NCBI RefSeq assembly: GCF_009914755.1
Contig: NC_060926.1
Length of the DNA: 64,000 nt
Strand: one strand, 5' to 3'
From: the human T2T-CHM13v2.0 reference genome, Homo sapiens
The translations under genes and the position numbers were made by a program. The first letter of the stretch is position 1. Each line of letters opens with the position of its first letter. The notes below the pieces were generated by a model that saw only the letters and a list, made by a program, of their open reading frames with translations, made no database searches and had not been told where the DNA came from. Positions 57,181 to 64,000 of this stretch are shown piece by piece.

Positions 57181-57669
57181 TCTATGAACAATGACATCAA
57201 ACACAGTTGTGTGTGGTGTGTTCTCAACAAAGAGTTACCTGTTTCTATAGATGTTTTATGCTAGATGTTGGGGAAATACATTTTAGCGAGACCATTTTTG
57301 TATTCTCTCCAGGATGTCAAGGAACTTGAGGTGTATTGGAAGCCCTGTAGAAGTGGAAGTGGCAACAACACCGTACAAAATGCTATCATGGAGCCAAGCA
57401 CAAGCTGCTAACTTTGTCTGGTGTTGGGGGATCGGGGAAGGAAGGGTTCTAAGTGAAGTGTCATCGCGGGTAGGCTTCACTGAAGAATGAGAAGGGATTA
57501 TCTCAAGAAGTAGGGAGGAAAGGACATGCTCAAGCACTTCTCTGCCCCTAAAAATATCAAAGACACATTGACTCAGCAGAGCATGCCACACACAAAAATC
57601 GTGAGGGGTCTCAAGGGAGTAAAGTGTGTCTGTTGAGAATAGGATATGTGAGAACAGCACACTTGAGTG

Positions 57670-57880
57670 TGATGGCTCAGAGGCTGGATTCTGAAGTCAG
57701 ACCACCTGATTGGAATTCCAGTTCTGTCACTTATTAGCTGTATGATTGCAAAAATTTACATGGCTCTGTGAGGCTCAATTTCCTTCTCTGCGAAATGGGA
57801 TTTCTCATGACAACTTCCTTAAAGGAATCCTGTAAGAATTAAATAAAATAAATATTTTGCAGAGTATCTGACACATACTG
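57670..57880 (+). mobile_element. MIR SINE
   Basis: CTGAAGTCAGACCACCTGATTGGAATTCCAGTTCTGTCACTTATTAGCTGTATGA...TTTCCTTCTCTGCGAAATGGGAT. Confidence 0.65.
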
Positions 57881-59179
57881 ACTGCTGAAAAAATATATAT
57901 AAAAAAACAAGAGTACCGGAAATCATATCACTCAAACACTTAATACTTTAACATGTTAGTGTTCCAGGCTTTAGAATAGGGAATACATAAATATATATTT
58001 TTGTGACCTAAGAGTGGGAAAGGATTTCTTAAATAAAATTGAAGAAGTGCAAAAAAATGAGACAGAAAATGGACGCATTGGATTGTATTAAAGATTTCTG
58101 TTCAATTGAGGTTATCATAAGTAGACATATGGCAGAATGAGAGAAGATATTTGTTATTTCTAAATCTGAGAAGGGATTTTTTTATCTATAAAATAAAAGG
58201 AAGTCCTTCAAATCAACAAAAACCCAGCAAATTTGATAGAAAAATGGACAAGGGATATAAACAAAAAAAAATCATAGGCAACAAAACCCCAAAGGCTAAT
58301 GAGCATAATAATTGCTTAACTTAATTTTTATCAGGGAAAAACAAAGAAATAAACATTGAGATATCCATTTATTTTAATTAGACTGACAAACTAGGAGCTG
58401 GAAAATGCCCAGTGTTGGCAAGCATAGGGGATATAGAAAGTATAGACTGGGCTAGCCATCCTGGAGAGCAATCTGACAGTAAATTAGAAATATACGTAGC
58501 AATTCCACTCCCCGGTATATATCCCAAATATATTCCCCAAAAGTGTCTTAGAAGATATATCTGTCAGGATAAGTTCAGTTGTGTTGTGAGACAAAGAATC
58601 CCCAATCTCAATAGTTTGAAACAATACAAGTTAATTTCTTGTTCATACCATGTTCCATTACACATTGGCAGAGGCCTCTCTGCTCATCCAGTCTCTTGAA
58701 AACTATGCTGGCAGAGCAGGCTCTTTTTGAACATGACTCATCCCTGTACCAGGGGTGAAAAGCATGTACTTGTGGGGGTCCTCCATGGGCAACTAAATGC
58801 CCTAGCCCAGAAATGATATATGTTACTCTTTATACAATTCATTGGCCCAAACCAGGCACATGGTCCACCTGACAATAGGGCGTCAGAAATTACAATCCTA
58901 CCATTTGCTGCCATAGAGTGCTACTCTCTGACCAGCACAAGGGACATATACAAGAATATCTACTAGAAGTATTGGGAGGTGGGAACATCAGCTTAGATGC
59001 GTTCATATTAATACATTTGAATTTTTAAATCACAGTGTCGAATTAAATAAAAGAAAATGAGATAAAATTTTTAATAAAGCAGATATTTTTACATAAATAT
59101 TGTTTTATGTAAAATAGTATTTATGAACTATTTATATAACATAGTATTTATGTAAAAATACCTACACATTTTATACAAT

Positions 59180-60500
59180 AGACATTTCCATGGCTCCACC
59201 CTCTGGGCCCAAGTTTCTACCCTAAGGGCCATACCTTCTTTTCCTTGAAGGGTAACACACATTTGCAGCTGAGTAGTTTCATCAGCCAGTTTCTTGCTTG
59301 TAGAATTTGGGGAGTAAAACAATCTTCCTCCATTCATCCTTTATTCCTTTTGATTCAAGCTGGCAGTGTTTATATAACTGGTAATGTTGGTATAACATTC
59401 TCAAAAACCTGTGGGTCTCCTGTATATATCATAAAATTCACACAATTAGACAAGAAGGTCTCCCACAGATCTTTCCTGGGTCACCCCATCTCCATTCTTC
59501 ACTTCTGCAGATAGTTGAGAGGAATCATGAGCCACTCACGTAATCTCTTCAGCAAAATGTTGTCCAGCCACACCCTGGGCCTTCTCTCCAGAGCACACCT
59601 TCCTTACAGTGAATATACTACTTTTTCTGTCCTTTGCAGTCTGATAGGTTGAGAATTTCCAATATCATCAAGCCCTAGTCCCTCTTTATTTAACAGTTTT
59701 CCTGTCAGTTTATCTCTTCTCACATTTTACTACAAGAAGCAAGAAGAAACCTGGCTTCACCATCAATATTCTTCTTGGAAATATCCTCAGCTAAATATCA
59801 AAGGATGTTGCTTCTAAGTTCTGCTTTCCATACAAAACTGTAGAACACAATTCAGCTAGACTTTCTGCCACTACATAGTAAGGATCCCCTTTCCCGGAGT
59901 TTACAAAATCATATGTCTCATTTCCTTCTAAGTCTGCACTAGCATCAGCTTTAACATTCATCTTTCTATTAACATCCTCTTTACGACAATATATGTATTC
60001 TCTAGGATAATACAGGCTTTCTCTATCACGCTCCTCACTTCCTTATTAGTCCTCACCAGCAGCATCCTCAGCAACCATTTTTCTACCAACAGCCTGTTTA
60101 CAACAATCTAGGCTTTATCTGTCATGCCCCTCAAAATTCTTCCAGATTCTGCCCATTATCAAATTCCAAAGCCACTTCCACATTTTTATGTATTACAGCA
60201 GCATCACATTTTCATTACCAAAATCTGTATTTGTTTCCTGTGCTTTTCACAAATTACCAGAAACTTGGTGGCTTAAAGCAACAGAAATTTATTATCTCAC
60301 AGTCCTGGAGGCCAGAAGTCCAGAAGTGGTTCCACTGTGTTGACATCAAGGTGTGGACAGGGCTGCATTCCTCTGGAGTGCCCAGGGGAAGGTCTGTTCC
60401 TGGCCTCTTCTAGCTTCTGGTGGCTGCTGGCATTCCTTGGTTTTTGGCTGCATCATTTAAATCTCTGCCTCCATGTTCACATTGCCTGGATTTCCTTTGG
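59180..60500 (-). mobile_element. MLT1 internal sequence plus adjoining MLT1(C/D-like) LTR
   Basis: CCAAAGCCACTTCCACATTTTTATGTATT...ACCAAAATC then LTR TGTATT...AAACTTGGTGGCTTAAAGCAACAGAAATTTATTATCTCACAGTCCTGGAGGCCAGAAGTCC. Confidence 0.7.
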
Positions 60501-63500
60501 AGGGCCATTGTTGGGTCTATCACAAATATTTATATGTATGCTCATATACTCTTTTATAATGTTAACATAGGAAATTATACTACTCAATTTCTTAGTGTTG
60601 AACCACACTTATATTTTTAAAACTCTACATAATAATCACTTTATCCTTTTGATGTCTTTACAGTTTTTCATTTTATGGAACTACCAGGCTTTATTTATGA
60701 AACTTTACTAATAAACATTACAGTTATTTTCAACCTTCCTGTATTATTTTATTATTGTAAAATTATTACATATGTACACATAATCTTTGTGTATTTATCC
60801 AACTCCTTCATTGGAATATATTCCCTGGAGTGGAATTGCTCAGCAAAACATACACATTAAAATTTTTTTATTTACCTTACCAAATCACCCACCAGAAAGT
60901 TTCCAATTTAAAACCTCATTTCTCATCTCTCATCTAAGAGAGTTTCTCATTCCCTCTGCATCTTGCCAAGTTCAGAGTACTAACAATTTATTTTCATAAG
61001 AGGTAGGGCATATTACTTCAATGTTTTCTTTTGTATTGCTAATTAAACAGCTGTTTTATTTTTATCAGTAGTCCATTTATTCCTGCAATTATCAATCTTT
61101 TCTTTTTTTGCAAGAACTTCTATAGATGAAGATAGTAGCCTTTTATATTAAGATAATAACCTTTTTGTTTAGGTTTAAACTATATTTTAGTATTTTTTCA
61201 TTTTTCACTCACTTCAACTCTGTTAATATTGCCTTTAGTTATATAAAGGTTTAAACTTTTTAGGAACTAGATTATGTAATGTTGTTTTAAGAAAATCCTT
61301 CTTTACTCCAGGAATATCAGCCATTACTGTTAAATGTGACCTTACTCTCAATCACAGGATGGTGAGGTTTTAAGAGCATTTGTGTTTCACTGAGTTATTT
61401 TCTGGGTCAATTCTGGGCTGTCCCGATACTTTTATTTAATACCGCCTAAATCTGCCTCTTGAATGCCAAGGTTTGGCAAACCATCTCAGTTGGCAAACCA
61501 TCATAAAAATATTCCGCAGAGCCATCTTGATCAACCTCTTAAGTCAGATGAGTGTTTACCTTACCTATTGTTCATGTTTATTCTGGGTTTTTATAAAGTT
61601 GGGGCACTTTTTTTTTCCCTTCTGTTTTCTTCCACTGAAAGCTGAAATCACTGTGCTCTAGAAGCAAATAACTAAAATGAGAGAGGGAGCAGACACCTGA
61701 GGGACGTCACACAGTTCTAGTCTCAAAGTTATTTAGGGGTTGATGAGTATGAGAATCACAGCGTGGTGTGTCACAGCTGACATGTGGTGTCTGAACTACT
61801 TTTGTCAGTTTGTGTACTATTTTAATCCCAGGAATAAACAAAGAAAAAAAAACTTGCCTGATACTAAAACTTTGTTGGATATAAAGTCAACTTAGAGCCT
61901 GAATTCAGACACCAGTTCTAGACAATAAGAGGGTACATTTTTTCCCCTCTCCTTAAGTAAAGAATTTTTTCAGGGTCAGCAAAAGTCCAGATGAAGTAAA
62001 TGTTAAAAGATGTGCCTTCATAATAGTTTATTTTTCTGTCTGAATTCTTAATCAGGTCCATATTTAGATTGTTTGCATTCATCTTAATCACTTATCAGAA
62101 CTGTTTCTTTCCTATATTAACTAATATCAAGGGATGGATGAGAGCTATCAATTAAATTTTGCTCATGCCTGCCTCTCTTGAGGACTAGTATGCTTTCCTT
62201 TAGAGCTGTAATCAATGCAGATCCCTTCAGGGTATCCACCCTTGCAACAGCTGTCATCCTAGCTTACCTCAATGAGGTCATCACAGGCACACCTAGTTTT
62301 TTTAATTTTTCCTCTATAATTAATTTCCTTAAGTCACTGAATACCTTTATCTACCTTCTGCCATAAACGTCTCTTTTTCTCTAATATCCTTATTTGCAGT
62401 AAGTCAACCAGAATTGAGCACAACATGGCTTTTCCTTTCAATGGCGCTGAAATAATTTCTTCTGACTCATGCTCTGCACAGTGAGCAGTGACAGGACAGT
62501 CTGTGATTGTTTGTTTAAGCACTTGTATGTTAGATTATTTAACTGCTTGTTTAATTGTACCTCACTGAGTGTTCTGCTCTCTGTTAAGCCTTATTATCAT
62601 TTGAGGCTATTCACCAAATACTTCTCTCTTATTCTAAATGGTTCGAGGAAAATATTTACCTTATTTCCTCAATTTTAAGATGCACTACCCCCACCCCCAA
62701 CACACATATTTTTACATTTCTGCAACCAGAATATGTTCTAGAGTCAACGTGCACATTTAATGTAGTGTTTCCCTTCAAAAAGAGTGTCTTAGAATGGCTT
62801 AGAAGCCTAGAGCTGTGGTAAGTCAAAGATACATAAAACTGTCTCATGTGTTCCAGCCACTAACGCATGATCTTAACTCTTTTTTTGACTTTATTCCTCA
62901 GGTGCTTTGGGGGAAAAAAGTACATTTGCATTTCATGAGTTTAGGCCTGAGCTTTTGTAGTTTAGTATCATTGACTCTCCTTCCTCTTTGCTATTTCCTC
63001 CCATTGGATCATTATGGTATTATTATTAAAAAGTAAACTATTCCTGGAGACCCTCTCTGCTTTTGAGAACATCTCCCATCTCCCTTCCACTTAGACACAC
63101 ACACTACCTTTTTTATGCCTGGCCATTTGGCTTTAGTCTTAACTTCTTTGCCCCTGAGTCTATGGAGGAGTCTTACATGTTGCCCATTATATCAAAGCTT
63201 TGTGGAAGTCAAGGGTGGATTATGTATAAACACAACTTTCTTTGTCTTGGCACTTCCTCATACATTTTCATAAAATGTTAACTGCTGAATTCCATTAGCT
63301 CCAAAAAGAGAGTGAGTAGAATGCCAGGTTTGAATGTTAAAGTTCTACGTTAAACTTTCAAAAATCTAAAGCCATCTTCATTATCTACAATCCTTAAAAA
63401 ATTATCTAATCAAAATGTTTACTGGATGCAAACATTTTCAGTCAGCACATGGAAGTCTGAGAGATAGGTAGATGAAAAATAGGTATATGTTTGTATCTAT

Positions 63501-63694
63501 AAAAGTATGTGAGTATTTTTGCTTAAAATCTAAATAATTATTAGTGTATTCATTTCTACATATACATAAATTGATATGTAATTGTGGATTACATAAAATT
63601 GATCCATGTGATTGCGTACATGTATAGAAACATGTAAACTTAGCCATACCTTTATAAACCATACATAATTCATTTAATGACGTGCAATAGAAAC

Positions 63695-63875
63695 TAGGTT
63701 AAAATTTGAGCTCTGCCATTGTCTTACTTTGTGAAACTAAGTCACTTAAATGTTCTGACCCTCAGTTTTATCTTTGTAAAATAAGTATGAAACAATAATG
63801 CTGCCATACATACCACAGAGGCCTATGTGGAGGATCATTCAAAAAACTTTTTTAACTATAAAATACTTTATAAAT
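63695..63875 (+). mobile_element. MIR SINE
   Basis: AGTCACTTAAATGTTCTGACCCTCAGTTTTATCTTTGTAAAAT. Confidence 0.6.
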
Positions 63876-64000
63876 ATTAATAATGTTTAATGAGATATGT
63901 ATAAATACCTCAACTTACTCATAAAAAATCCATATTCTTAAAATAGTATATTTTTCAACAATTTAGTATTTCTTTTTTATTTACAGCTGATATGTAACAC

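Overview
Human (or very close great-ape) genomic DNA containing one complete protein-coding gene, ETAA1 (RPA-binding ATR activator), on the + strand. Six coding exons with canonical GT-AG junctions (13162-13384, 14881-15009, 15262-15338, 18571-18683, 18934-21044, 25619-25746) join into a 2781-nt CDS encoding 926 aa, driven by a CpG-island promoter with ETS, GC-box, CCAAT and YY1 motifs. The rest is AT-rich intergenic/intronic DNA dense in primate and mammalian repeats (Alu, L1, L2, MIR, MaLR LTRs, Tigger and hAT elements), including a deeply nested TE stack at about 29.5-38.1 kb. I see no evidence for a new multi-gene system. The most interesting signals are small-scale: an almost perfect in-frame 87-bp tandem duplication beside RPA-binding motif 1, two upstream AUGs in the probable 5' UTR, an exon 3 start that re-creates a splice donor, a possible intronic polyadenylation isoform lacking RBM2, and a 39-bp young-L1 snippet inside an old LTR. 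Repeat family names come from recalled consensus sequences, and repeat boundaries are approximate unless a TSD or TIR is quoted.
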